Shown: positions 1-9,530, counted from the first letter of the whole stretch. The stretch is DNA of 61,179 bases, filler included, from 5 parts of 5 records of this genome joined end to end with filler, not necessarily neighbours in it, one strand, 5' to 3'. Numbers and translations: made by a program. Notes: generated by a model from the sequence alone, not told the origin.

Positions 1-161
1 AAAAAAATCGACGCTGTATTGGCTGCCCAGCCTTGCCATTCAGGATAGAGCGCAGCCTGCACGCCGTCTTCTATCAGCACAACAGAATCGCCATTGCTGA
101 GTGCGTTGAGCATTTGCACAGCAGCATCGCTATGGGGAGGTTTATTCAGAATATGCAGCAT
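1..161 (-). CDS. tusB: Sulfurtransferase complex subunit TusB/DsrH (3' end outside window)
   Basis: Not in ORF track. Read by hand from ATG at 161: MLHILNKPPHSDAAVQMLNALSNGDSVVLIEDGVQAAL..., with the DsrH-type LIEDGV motif. Third gene of tusDCB. Confidence 0.85.
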   Translation of the reverse strand, partial: MLHILNKPPHSDAAVQMLNALSNGDSVVLIEDGVQAALYPEWQGWAANTASIF

Positions 162-197
162 AGTTATTGGCTACTCTGCTAAAAATTGAGCGCAAAA

Positions 198-563
198 TTA
201 AAAATTAAGAACATAATTATAACGCTGGAACAGGTCTGGCACGTCTGAAGCCGGGACTAGGGTAACTCCCTCAACCAGCTGATCAGTGGCTATATTGAAG
301 GCTTGTAGGGTCTCGGTAGGGACTAATAGGTTTTCTATATCGTACATTTCTAACATATTAATTGTCGGTAGCGTGGCTTTTTGGCCTGGCGCGCCAACCT
401 GTTGCTCTTTGAGTAACGCGAATATCCCCTGCCCTAAAAACAGCAGATCAACCGCTTGCCCAAAGGCAGCAGACACTAGCGCAACATCCAGCCCTTCCCG
501 CAACTCATTTGAGCTATAGGGCGCATGTCGTATAACGATAAGTCGCTCATTTGCTTCAGCCAT
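198..563 (-). CDS. tusC: Sulfurtransferase complex subunit TusC/DsrF
   Basis: HAPYSS..REGLD and MLEMYDIE motifs; lies between tusD and tusB. Confidence 0.9.
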   Translation of the reverse strand: MAEANERLIVIRHAPYSSNELREGLDVALVSAAFGQAVDLLFLGQGIFALLKEQQVGAPGQKATLPTINMLEMYDIENLLVPTETLQAFNIATDQLVEGVTLVPASDVPDLFQRYNYVLNF

Positions 564-616
564 CTTAGTCCTACCTATCTACTCCGGTCGCCCTGTTTTC
601 AGCCCTGTTCTCACTA

Positions 617-1006
617 CTAAGCAAACGTAATAAAACGATCACAGCGCTGCTGTAGCTCAAGCAGTTGCCCTAGCCCCGTTAATTCAAAGGGTGGCTCAAG
701 ATTGAAGTTCACTTGCCCGTGCCGCTTTGCCTCTGCTTCACTCACCACACCACGGCGTAACGCCGCCGCGACGCATACATCTAATCCCACCCCGTGCTGA
801 TGATGCAGGTCAACCCAAGCGTCTCGCATATTGAGCTCATCCTGTGGAGGAGTCATTAGTCGAGAGGCATTATGAACGCCATCTTGATAGAAAAAAACGC
901 CCTTGATGTGGTGTCCTTCATTTAGCACTGCTTGGGCAAATCGCAGCGCGGAATGAGGGGCGGCACTACTATACGGCGCCCCCATGACCAATAAGCCATA
1001 CTCCAT
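617..1006 (-). CDS. tusD: Sulfurtransferase complex subunit TusD/DsrE
   Basis: VFFYQDGV, catalytic VCVAAALRRG and GLGQL motifs. Confidence 0.93.
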   Translation of the reverse strand: MEYGLLVMGAPYSSAAPHSALRFAQAVLNEGHHIKGVFFYQDGVHNASRLMTPPQDELNMRDAWVDLHHQHGVGLDVCVAAALRRGVVSEAEAKRHGQVNFNLEPPFELTGLGQLLELQQRCDRFITFA

Positions 1007-1032
1007 CGGATTATCTCGATACAGTCCGCCCT

Positions 1033-1064
1033 AAAAAAAACAGACCCTAGCAAGTAGGGTCTGT
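1033..1064 (-). terminator. Intrinsic terminator after yccA
   Basis: Hairpin acagacccta/tagggtctgt plus an A8 run (U-tract on the minus strand). Confidence 0.75.
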
Positions 1065-1087
1065 CGCGATAGTACTGCAGGGGTTGA

Positions 1088-1768
1088 TCAGTCGTTGCTC
1101 ATAATGCCTAAAATCGAGAGCAGACTGATGAACAGGTTATAAATGGAAACATAAAGCGTAATAGTTGCGAGAATGTAGTTGGTCTCTCCCGCCCGGTGAA
1201 CAATTTCACTGGTTTGGTAGAGGATCGCCGCTGATGCAAACAGCACAAAACCAGCGGAAACCATCAATGAAAGCGCAGGAATGTTGAAGATCAGCCCGGC
1301 TACCATGGCCAAAATCAACACAATGGCACCAGCCATTAGGAAATTACCTAAAAAGCTGAAGTCTTTCTTGGTGGTTAATGCAACCGCAGAAAGGCCGATA
1401 AACGTCAAGCCAGTCATTGCCAATGCATTCATTATCAAAGCGCCACCGTTAGGCAACGTAAGATAGGCGGAAATGATTGGGCCAAGCGTGAAGCCCATAA
1501 ATCCAGTGAATGCAAAAGTCGCCAACAAGCCAGCTGCCGAATTGGCCGTTTTGTGAACCAGGAACATCAGCCCGTATGCACCGATAAAGAACACAAAAAT
1601 GTTCATTTGTTGGATGCCCATTGCGACAGAGGCACCAGCGGTGACCGCAGAGAATAGCAATGTCATGGCCAATAGCGCGTAGGTGTTACGCAGAACTTTA
1701 TTAGCGCTAACACTACTTACTTCGCTGCGCGTTTGCGCTCTCGCCGTGTTCGAATCGTTAAAAGCCAT
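1088..1768 (-). CDS. yccA: Bax inhibitor-1/YccA family membrane protein (FtsH modulator)
   Basis: NKVLRNTYALL, GETNYILAT and LYVSIYNLF motifs; yccA-tusDCB order is typical of gammaproteobacteria. Confidence 0.93.
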   Translation of the reverse strand: MAFNDSNTARAQTRSEVSSVSANKVLRNTYALLAMTLLFSAVTAGASVAMGIQQMNIFVFFIGAYGLMFLVHKTANSAAGLLATFAFTGFMGFTLGPIISAYLTLPNGGALIMNALAMTGLTFIGLSAVALTTKKDFSFLGNFLMAGAIVLILAMVAGLIFNIPALSLMVSAGFVLFASAAILYQTSEIVHRAGETNYILATITLYVSIYNLFISLLSILGIMSND

Positions 1769-1989
1769 TTATCTATGCTCCCTAATGGTAATACTAACAA
1801 CGGACAAGGATGCCGTTACCAAGTTCCAGACGCAAGTATTTGTCTTCCACGCAAACAACTGCTTTTTAAGGCACTTGCTCCTCAAGCGTTGACTATGCTT
1901 AACATTCCACACCACTTTGGACATAGAAATGCGCTATAAAATTCCCCTGACCGTACCAAATTTGGCGTGATTATCTTCGCTTCTTCTGC

Positions 1990-2166
1990 TTACAGCTTCA
2001 CTGCTGGCGGTGAAACGTTATCGTCGTCTTCTTCCTTGTGAGGTAAATGCTGCATTGTCGCTGCTTGACGCGCATCCTGAGCGTTATAGAGACGTGCATC
2101 GATCACGTTCAGCACCGCCAACTGTGCAAATAGCACGGCAAAACAAATGATCAGACCTTTTAACAT
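1990..2166 (-). CDS. Small hypothetical exported or membrane-anchored protein (58 aa)
   Basis: Below ORF-track cutoff. MLKGLIICFAVLFAQLAVLNVIDARLYNAQDARQAATMQHLPHKEEDDDNVSPPAVKL*, with AAGGA RBS upstream and a hydrophobic N-terminus. Confidence 0.55.
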   Translation of the reverse strand: MLKGLIICFAVLFAQLAVLNVIDARLYNAQDARQAATMQHLPHKEEDDDNVSPPAVKL

Positions 2167-2294
2167 GGCACTGTTCCTTAGGGGGCTAACAACTTAGAGG
2201 GCAAACAACATCGTCGTTGGTAGCGAATAATAGTCCTCGGCGGAAAGAAAGCAACGGGGTTTGGTAAAATCACCATTTGCCCTATCAATTTACT

Positions 2295-3302
2295 CTAACA
2301 ATCCGCAAATTCTTCAGTATCAATATCAGCTTGTTGCGTGTCGCTATAACGAGCGCCAGCAACTTGGCTCGGCAACAGCATACCGTTGAGCTGAGTCACT
2401 GTTGCGTCATCCAACACGACCGTTTCAGCGCGTAAGTTCTCGCGTATATGCGTCACTGAGCAGGAACCAGGAATAGGCACAATATGATGGCCCTGGGCGT
2501 TTAACCAAGCTAGCGCCAGCTGTGCGGGTGAGATCTCAAGACGCCTAGCCATTGTTTTAACGTCATCCAACAAAGCTATATTGTGAGGTAAATTGTCTTT
2601 ACTAAAGCGGGGCATTCCGGCGCGCATATCCCCTGTCGAAAACTGGGTACTTTCTTCCACTGCCCCCGTCAAAAAACCGCGCCCAAGTGGGCTGAACGCC
2701 ACTAAGGCAGCACCGAGCTCCGCACATGCATCCTTCAGAGCAATGTCGGGATTACGTGTCCAGAGTGAGTATTCTGACTGTACTGCTGCGACTGGATATT
2801 CCGCATTACCTTTACGAAATGTTTCTGCCGATACCTCAGATAAGCCAACCGCACCAATTTTACCCTCTTCCACTAGTCGGCCCAGCGCCCCAACACTCTC
2901 TTCAATAGGAACACTACGATCTAGGCGATGCAGGTAGTAAATATCCAAATAATCCGTTTTCAGTCGTGACAGACTCTCTTCACACTGGCGACGCAATGTG
3001 TCAGGGCGACCATCGATAATGCGCTTCCCTGTTTCAGCGTCCAATGCCATTCCACACTTGCTGGCGAGAAACAGCTGGTACCTTTTTGTTTTTAAAGCGA
3101 GCCCCAACAACCGCTCATTTGCTGTTCCACCATAGAGCGTCGCCGTATCAAAATGGCGGTATCCCATCTCAAAGGCTTCTTCCAATACCCGAAGCGCCTC
3201 TGTTTCTGGCACATACTGCCCATAGCCATGGGAAAGATTCATGCATCCCAAGCCAATACGAGGAGACGAGACGCCGTTTAATCGGTCAAAGAACGCGGAC
3301 AT
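2295..3302 (-). CDS. Aldo/keto reductase
   Basis: GLGCMNLS, FDTATLYG, IYYLHR, QSEYSLW and PIPG motifs. Confidence 0.92.
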   Translation of the reverse strand: MSAFFDRLNGVSSPRIGLGCMNLSHGYGQYVPETEALRVLEEAFEMGYRHFDTATLYGGTANERLLGLALKTKRYQLFLASKCGMALDAETGKRIIDGRPDTLRRQCEESLSRLKTDYLDIYYLHRLDRSVPIEESVGALGRLVEEGKIGAVGLSEVSAETFRKGNAEYPVAAVQSEYSLWTRNPDIALKDACAELGAALVAFSPLGRGFLTGAVEESTQFSTGDMRAGMPRFSKDNLPHNIALLDDVKTMARRLEISPAQLALAWLNAQGHHIVPIPGSCSVTHIRENLRAETVVLDDATVTQLNGMLLPSQVAGARYSDTQQADIDTEEFADC

Positions 3303-3325
3303 AGCAACCTCTGAGGTGATTGACG

Positions 3326-4387
3326 TTAATTAGATAGTAGTGCGCTAGTGTTATGCGTTTTACCCTGGCTACAAACCTGCGACTGCAGCCAGTCAGGCAA
3401 TCGGTGTTCAAGATAATAACGCGGCCGCCACGGAGGCCCCTCTATAAAGCCCACATGGCCACCCGAGGCATGAAGCTCCAGGGTGACATAGCTTGGCAGA
3501 GTTTCCGCATTAGGAACGCTCTGTGGGTAGATAAAAGGGTCATCTAGTGCATGCACAATGAGCGTTGGAATACGAAGGTGCTCCACGAAGAAAGCACTGC
3601 TACAGCGGTGGTAATAGTCATCGGCGCTTTCAAAGCCATGCAGTGGCGCAGTAACGCGGCCATCGAAGTCCCAAAACGTCTTCATACCTTGTAATGCTTC
3701 AAGCGCCGCTAAACGCGCCAGTTCTTCCCTTCGCCCTTGGCGTACAAACGCCTGCTGCTTATGTTCAACATACTGGCGCAGGTCTCGCAGGAAGCGGGCC
3801 TGATAAATCCTGGAGAAGCCTTTACTTATTCGGTCTGCGCAGTGGTCCAGCCGAAACGGTACCGATACCGCTGCCGCGGCCTTCAACGGCGTATTGCCAC
3901 CCTCTTCACCCAAATACTTAAGCAACACATTGCCACCCAATGAGTAACCAATCGCGGCAAACAATTTGTTTGGATAGCGTAACGTTAGTTGCTTAACCAC
4001 ATCCGCCAAGTCCTCACTCGCGCCAGAGTGATATCCCCTGGCGCGATGGTTTGGCTCACCAGAGCAGCCACGCCAATTGACAGCCACGCTCTGCCAGCCG
4101 CGCGCCGCCAATGCCTGTTGTTGCCCTAGTATATATAGTGAAGAAGAGCTGCCAGTTAGGCCATGAAGCAGCAGTACGCAATTCGCCGACTCACCCTCAG
4201 GCCCATACCAATCAAGATCGATAAAATCACCATCTTGAAGCGTCATTCGCTCACGCCGACATTGTAATTGAGGCGATGTCCGCCATAGCGGGCTATAGAG
4301 CGTTTGCAAATGTCCGCCAGGCAGCCAGCGCGAAGATCGAAATGGAGGCATAGGTGAAGACAGGGTTGAAGACGAGCTTGAAGACAT
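3326..4387 (-). CDS. YheT family alpha/beta hydrolase
   Basis: GGHLQT, HGLTGSS, GYSLGG nucleophile, DDPF and GGHVGF. Start taken at ATG 4387; ORF track extends to 4429. Confidence 0.88.
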   Translation of the reverse strand: MSSSSSSTLSSPMPPFRSSRWLPGGHLQTLYSPLWRTSPQLQCRRERMTLQDGDFIDLDWYGPEGESANCVLLLHGLTGSSSSLYILGQQQALAARGWQSVAVNWRGCSGEPNHRARGYHSGASEDLADVVKQLTLRYPNKLFAAIGYSLGGNVLLKYLGEEGGNTPLKAAAAVSVPFRLDHCADRISKGFSRIYQARFLRDLRQYVEHKQQAFVRQGRREELARLAALEALQGMKTFWDFDGRVTAPLHGFESADDYYHRCSSAFFVEHLRIPTLIVHALDDPFIYPQSVPNAETLPSYVTLELHASGGHVGFIEGPPWRPRYYLEHRLPDWLQSQVCSQGKTHNTSALLSN

Positions 4388-4707
4388 GGAGGAAAAGCGC
4401 CAGCAAAAAACAGCTGAATAGCTTAGCAAAATTTGTAAGCAGATTTGGTTGTGGCAGAAATATCGCCTTGAATATCAGCCTTGGGGCTGACACTGGCCCG
4501 CCTAAAGCAGTCGCCCCTTGTATGCAGCGTTTTCATAGATGCGACAATACGCCATGCATCACTGGATACTTTCAACTTACGTCGCAGAGTGGTTTCAACT
4601 ACTATTATTAATGATTAAAGAAATATAGCCATAGCCTTTAAGAATATAGCTCCTGCGACAACTACTGATTTTCAATACTTTCATGCCACACGATCTAGGA
4701 GGTCGCC

Positions 4708-6120
4708 ATGGAATTAGATCCTCTGTTGCTTTCAAGGCTACAGTTCGCTTTTGTTGTCTCTTTTCATGCCATTTTTCCGGTGTTTACTATCGGTTTGGCT
4801 TCCTACATCGCGCTACTGCATGGACTGTTTTACAAAACGGAAAACCCCGCTTGGGATCGCTTGGCGCTCTTCTGGACAAAAGTGTTTGCCGTTGTGTTTG
4901 GCATGGGCGTCGTATCAGGCATTGTGATGTCGTTTCAGTTTGGTACTAACTGGAGCAACTTTGCCTACGCCACATCTAACTTCTTAGGCCCTGTCCTCAG
5001 CTATGAGGTAGTAACGGCCTTTTTCCTAGAAGCCGCTTTTCTAGGTGTGCTGTTATTTGGTCGCAATAAAGTACCTGAAGGTGTGCATTTATTTGCTGCC
5101 ATCATGGTTGCTGTAGGCACGTTTATATCTTCTTTCTGGATACTTTCTGCCAACAGTTGGATGCAAACCCCGGTAGGTTACGAGCTGATCGACGGTCGGT
5201 TCCATATCACTTCCTGGATGGAAGCACTCTTTAACCCCTCCTTCTGGTATCGCTTTGTTCACATGGGCATGGCTTCCTTCCTAACTGGCGGGTTCGTCGT
5301 TGCTGGGGTGAGTGCCTGGTTCTTACTACGCAAGCGTGATGTTGAAGCTAACAAAAAAGCGCTATCCATGTGTTTGTGGTTACTGCTGATATTAGCGCCT
5401 GCGCAAGCGGTAGTCGGCGATTTTCACGGTCTGAACACCTTGGAGCACCAGCCAACGAAAGTAGCCGCCATGGAGGGTAACTGGGAAACGCAAACCAATG
5501 TGCCGCTTCTGCTTTTTGCTATCCCTGATAAAGAAGCCCAGACCAATCATTTTGAAATTGGCATCCCCAACCTTGCCAGCTTGATTCTGACGCACCATGT
5601 CGATGGTGAAGTTCCCGGGCTTAACGCAGTACCAATAGAAGAGCAGCCTCCTGTCATCATTGTATTCTGGGCTTTCCGCGTCATGGTAGGCATTGGCGTG
5701 CTGATGATTGCTGTTGCGCTGACCGGGTTGTTTCTGCGTCGTAAGGGGCGTGTCTATGAAAACCCACTTTTCTTAAAAACGCTTACCGTCATGATTGCAT
5801 CCCCCTTCCTCGCGGTTCTGGGTGGCTGGATTGTTACCGAATCAGGACGTGCGCCTTGGTTAGTGTATGGCGTCATGACACACGCGGAAGGCTTAACGCC
5901 GTCCCTTACTGGCGGCATGGCACTGTTTACCTTGATTGGCTATATCGCGGTTTACAGCGTGGTGTTTTTCACCGGTATTTATTATCTAACGCGAGTTGTG
6001 CGCAATGGCATGAAAGAAGAAACACAGGCAGAAGTTGGAGGCGAGGTTGAACGCCCGAAACGCCCCCTATCCGCAGCACACACCCCCTTTGATGATGACT
6101 TGGAAGGAGCCAACACATGA
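4708..6120 (+). CDS. cydA: Cytochrome bd ubiquinol oxidase subunit I (short Q-loop, CioA-like)
   Basis: SRLQFAF..SFH, FQFGTNW, QPTKVAAMEG and GRAPW motifs; GGAGG RBS. Confidence 0.95.
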   Translation: MELDPLLLSRLQFAFVVSFHAIFPVFTIGLASYIALLHGLFYKTENPAWDRLALFWTKVFAVVFGMGVVSGIVMSFQFGTNWSNFAYATSNFLGPVLSYEVVTAFFLEAAFLGVLLFGRNKVPEGVHLFAAIMVAVGTFISSFWILSANSWMQTPVGYELIDGRFHITSWMEALFNPSFWYRFVHMGMASFLTGGFVVAGVSAWFLLRKRDVEANKKALSMCLWLLLILAPAQAVVGDFHGLNTLEHQPTKVAAMEGNWETQTNVPLLLFAIPDKEAQTNHFEIGIPNLASLILTHHVDGEVPGLNAVPIEEQPPVIIVFWAFRVMVGIGVLMIAVALTGLFLRRKGRVYENPLFLKTLTVMIASPFLAVLGGWIVTESGRAPWLVYGVMTHAEGLTPSLTGGMALFTLIGYIAVYSVVFFTGIYYLTRVVRNGMKEETQAEVGGEVERPKRPLSAAHTPFDDDLEGANT

Positions 6121-7115
6121 GTATTGATCTTTCACTCATCTGGGCTGCCATTATTGGCTTTGGCGTCATTATGTATGTCTTAATGGATGGCTTCGATCTA
6201 GGGTTGGGAATTTTGTTTCCCTTCGCCCCTGATGAAGAGTCACGCGATGTGATGATGAACTCTGTTGCTCCCGTGTGGGATGGCAATGAGACGTGGTTAG
6301 TACTGGGCGGTGCTGGGCTGCTCGGCGCCTTTCCTTTAGTTTATTCCGTGTTTTTGCCCGCGCTCTATATCGGTGTTTTCCTAATGCTGGCTGGCTTGAT
6401 TTTTCGCGGCATCTCGTTCGAGTTTCGCTTCAAGTCTAAGAAAAACCGCCGTTGGTGGAACCGCGCATTTTGTTGGGGTTCTGCCATTGCCACCTTCGCT
6501 CAAGGCGCGGTCGTCGGCGCTTACATCCAAGGGTTTGCTGTCGAAGACTTTCGCTATGTCGGTGGCGCACTGGATTGGTTGACGCCCTTTACTGTATTGA
6601 CGGGGCTTGGACTAATGGCGGGCTACGCACTGCTTGGTTCTACGTGGCTGATACTGAAGTCAGAAGGCCATGTCCAGCAGTGGGCCTATCGCATCACACC
6701 AAAATTACTCTTAGCGGTATTGGTGGTATTTGGCATTGTTAGCCTGTGGACACCGCTGGTTAGTCCAGAAGTGCGTGACCGCTGGATGAACCAGATCCAC
6801 CTAATTTGGCTGTTCCCCATTCTTGCCATGGTCTGCGCTGGAGCTCTTTATCGTGCCGTAAAACGCCAGCAGGAAGGCTTACCGTTTGTCTCAACACTGG
6901 GCCTATTTATCTTTACCTACCTAGGCCTCATCGCCAGTAAATGGCCGGTTATCGTACCGCCCAACTATACAATTTGGGATGCCGCTTCAGCACCTGAGTC
7001 GCAATTGTTTTTGCTGATCGGCGTGCTGTTTGTAATCCCTATCGTATTGGCCTACACCGCCTGGTCTTACTGGGTATTCCGCGGCAAGGTAAAAGTGGGC
7101 GAAGGGTATCATTGA
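6117..7115 (+). CDS. cydB: Cytochrome bd ubiquinol oxidase subunit II
   Basis: DGFDLG and PVWDGNETWLV motifs; ATGA overlap with cydA. Confidence 0.95.
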   Translation: MSIDLSLIWAAIIGFGVIMYVLMDGFDLGLGILFPFAPDEESRDVMMNSVAPVWDGNETWLVLGGAGLLGAFPLVYSVFLPALYIGVFLMLAGLIFRGISFEFRFKSKKNRRWWNRAFCWGSAIATFAQGAVVGAYIQGFAVEDFRYVGGALDWLTPFTVLTGLGLMAGYALLGSTWLILKSEGHVQQWAYRITPKLLLAVLVVFGIVSLWTPLVSPEVRDRWMNQIHLIWLFPILAMVCAGALYRAVKRQQEGLPFVSTLGLFIFTYLGLIASKWPVIVPPNYTIWDAASAPESQLFLLIGVLFVIPIVLAYTAWSYWVFRGKVKVGEGYH

Positions 7116-7138
7116 GGCTTTACCAGCTAATCTGCTGA

Positions 7139-7180
7139 TTGCTTGTCACAAATTGCTTGTCACAAATTGCTTGTCACAAA
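7139..7180. repeat. Tandem repeat, 3 x 14 bp (ttgcttgtcacaaa)
   Basis: Three perfect copies at 7139, 7153 and 7167. Confidence 0.9.
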
Positions 7181-7214
7181 AAAAGAAGGGTGCCATTTGG
7201 GCACCCTTCTTTTA
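7178..7214. terminator. Bidirectional intrinsic terminator between cydB and the lldD-like gene
   Basis: aaaagaagggtgcc-atttg-ggcacccttctttt, with A and T tracts on either side. Confidence 0.85.
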
Positions 7215-7247
7215 CTTCTTTGGACGTGAGACCTCACTGAGTGCGAT

Positions 7248-8417
7248 CTAAAGCTTGACCGTAGGATCAGCAAAACCATGCGGCACATAAAGATTATGCG
7301 GGCCTAAGCGGCTAACGTCTGTTTCTCCACATAGCGCCATTGTGGTATCAAGCTCTTTATGAATAATCTGTAGCGCGCTGGTGACGCCCTCTTCACCGGC
7401 AGCCCCTAATCCATAGGTAAAAGCACGCCCAATGTAGGTTCCCTTGGCCCCCAGCGCCAGCGCTTTCAGCACGTCCTGGCCCGAACGGATACCAGAATCG
7501 AGATGAACTTCTATCTCGCCTCCCACTTCATCGATAATACTTGTCAGCATTCGGATCGAGCTCATTGCTCCATCAAGCTGACGTCCGCCATGATTAGAAA
7601 CAATAATGGCATCAGCGCCTATCTCTACGGCACAGCGCGCATCCTCAGGGGTCATAATGCCCTTCACAATCAGCTTACCGCCCCACCACTCTTTAAATTG
7701 CGCAATTCGCTTCCAGTCCAGCGATACATCGAAGGCCTCTGCTGTCCACGCTGACAATGAGGAAGGATCAGTAACTCCTTTGGCGTGCCCCACAATATTG
7801 CCAAATGAGCGACGCTTGGTTTTCAGCATCTCCAGACCCCAAGGAATTTTCGTCGCCATGTTGGCAATCGATTTTGCGGTCAATTTAGGGGGTGCAGAGA
7901 GTCCGTTTTTGAGATCTTTGTGGCGCTGCCCCAGTACTTGCAAATCGACAGTGACCACAACAGCTGAGCAGTTAGCCGCCTTGGCACGCTCAAACAAGCG
8001 GCGCATAAAATCATCATCTTTTAAGGTATACACCTGGAACCAGAACGGCTGCGTAGTGTGTTCTGCGACGTCCTCAATCGAGCAAATCGACATGGTCGAC
8101 AGCGTAAACGGCACACCAAATTTTTCAGCCGCCCGTGCTGCTTTAATTTCGCCATCTGCCGATTGCATTCCCGTTAGCCCTACGGGTGCAAGCGCAACCG
8201 GCATAGCCACATCTTCACCCAGCATAGAACTTCGCGTAGAACGCCCTGACATATCGACCGCAACACGCTGTTTTAAATGAATATGCTGGAAGTCACTGGT
8301 ATTTTCACGGAAGGTTTGCTCTGTCCAACTGCCTGACTCAGCGTAGTCATAAAACATTTTTGGCGTGCGGCGGGCGTAATGGCGACGCAGGTCTTCAATG
8401 TTGGTATAGATCGGCAT
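7248..8417 (-). CDS. FMN-dependent alpha-hydroxy acid dehydrogenase (L-lactate dehydrogenase LldD-like)
   Basis: VSNHGGRQLDG, DSGIRSGQD and PFTLSTMS motifs. Confidence 0.9.
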   Translation of the reverse strand: MPIYTNIEDLRRHYARRTPKMFYDYAESGSWTEQTFRENTSDFQHIHLKQRVAVDMSGRSTRSSMLGEDVAMPVALAPVGLTGMQSADGEIKAARAAEKFGVPFTLSTMSICSIEDVAEHTTQPFWFQVYTLKDDDFMRRLFERAKAANCSAVVVTVDLQVLGQRHKDLKNGLSAPPKLTAKSIANMATKIPWGLEMLKTKRRSFGNIVGHAKGVTDPSSLSAWTAEAFDVSLDWKRIAQFKEWWGGKLIVKGIMTPEDARCAVEIGADAIIVSNHGGRQLDGAMSSIRMLTSIIDEVGGEIEVHLDSGIRSGQDVLKALALGAKGTYIGRAFTYGLGAAGEEGVTSALQIIHKELDTTMALCGETDVSRLGPHNLYVPHGFADPTVKL

Positions 8418-8588
8418 AACACATCCTTAAGAAATATTGTTCTCATTAGTATCTAGAACAGACGGCCTCTATATTGTTCTCCAATACTGCACAAGTAAAC
8501 GCTCTGTTTCGCTCTCTTTACTCAGCAAACTATTTCAGCATAACCAGTAGAGATTTGCAGAAATGGCAGGGCATTAAAAGGAAATAAG

Positions 8589-8891
8589 TTACTCGCTGAA
8601 CGCCAAAATTTGCTCCAACAGAGCACGCTTACGCGGCAGCAAGCTCACTTCTAACCCTAGCGGCCGGAGTACACGATTCTTAACCTCTAGGGTGACATTA
8701 TTTTTATCGCCCTCCAGATCCGACAACGTTCGTCGACTGATGCCCACCAAGGCGGCATAACGCGTCTGGTTTAATCCCAGCACATCGCGGCGTAACGCAC
8801 GCAATAACGCTCCGTCGGTGATTTCCCCCGCATAGAAGCGTTTCAACAGAGCCACCAGGGCTTCCTCACGATCATCAGAATAGCGCTTCAT
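8589..8891 (-). CDS. XRE/HTH transcriptional regulator, probable HipB-like antitoxin
   Basis: LNQTRYAALVGISRRTLSDLE helix-turn-helix. Likely start MKRYSDD at 8891 overlaps (ATGA) the stop of the upstream remnant. Confidence 0.75.
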   Translation of the reverse strand: MKRYSDDREEALVALLKRFYAGEITDGALLRALRRDVLGLNQTRYAALVGISRRTLSDLEGDKNNVTLEVKNRVLRPLGLEVSLLPRKRALLEQILAFSE

Positions 8892-8994
8892 AGCAACCCC
8901 CAGCGCTTGAGGCACCCTGCTCAGGGTCAGGCAACGACAATTCAGCCGCATCATGCCACGCTTGTTCAAAATGAACCTGTATCGTTAACTTCAC
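8888..8994 (-). pseudogene. Internally deleted HipA-like toxin remnant
   Basis: GTG-started MKLTIQVHFEQAWHDAAELSLPDPEQG joined out of frame to LKRWGLL*. Both resemble recalled termini of HipA-domain proteins that precede such HTH genes. Confidence 0.6.
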
Positions 8995-9064
8995 GAATCA
9001 CCCATGTCGAAAGCCGCTGAATGAGTACTATAGTGCACACTGAATTATCCACACGAGCGCCATA

Positions 9065-9382
9065 TTGGAGCCTAATGTGAATATTACCCACTTAGAGCAT
9101 GTGTTTATCGCGCTGCTGATTCAAATGGCTCTACTTCCTTTTGCAAACGCAAGAGTCACCGGCGCCATCGCAGTAGCACTGTTGCTTGGACGTGAAATTG
9201 CACAACATGAATACAGGTTAGCCGTTCAACGTGGTTGGGAATGGGGGCAAACATTACCGGTGGGCATATTTGAAGGTGTTTGGCGTGGCTGGACGCTGGA
9301 TTCGGTATTAGACGTTGTTTTACCTGCCCTGGCATGCACAGTAGTGGCCATTACGATCAAAATCATAAAACCAAACGGCTAA
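9065..9382 (+). CDS. Hypothetical small membrane protein
   Basis: Hydrophobic segments; GREIAQHEYR and W-x-LDSVLD motifs. True start may be GTG at 9077. Confidence 0.7.
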   Translation: MEPNVNITHLEHVFIALLIQMALLPFANARVTGAIAVALLLGREIAQHEYRLAVQRGWEWGQTLPVGIFEGVWRGWTLDSVLDVVLPALACTVVAITIKIIKPNG

Positions 9383-9530
9383 ATCGCGAAAGCTAAGTGT
9401 TTAGGAACGACAAAAGGCCCTGACTCCTCAGAAGCTTTTAACAAGCCTTTATAAAGCACTTTACCTATTACGCGAATCATGCAAAATTGCTTAATCAACA
9501 CCTTATATAAAAACGAAAAAAGGAAAGTCT

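Noticed and set aside
1..1006. dsrEFH as evidence of sulfur oxidation
   Set aside because: The yccA context and absence of dsrAB indicate the housekeeping TusBCD tRNA-thiolation relay.
7139..7180. Tandem repeats here and at 10811, 21346 and 36421 as CRISPR arrays
   Set aside because: Units are 9-20 bp, directly adjacent, with no spacers and no cas genes.
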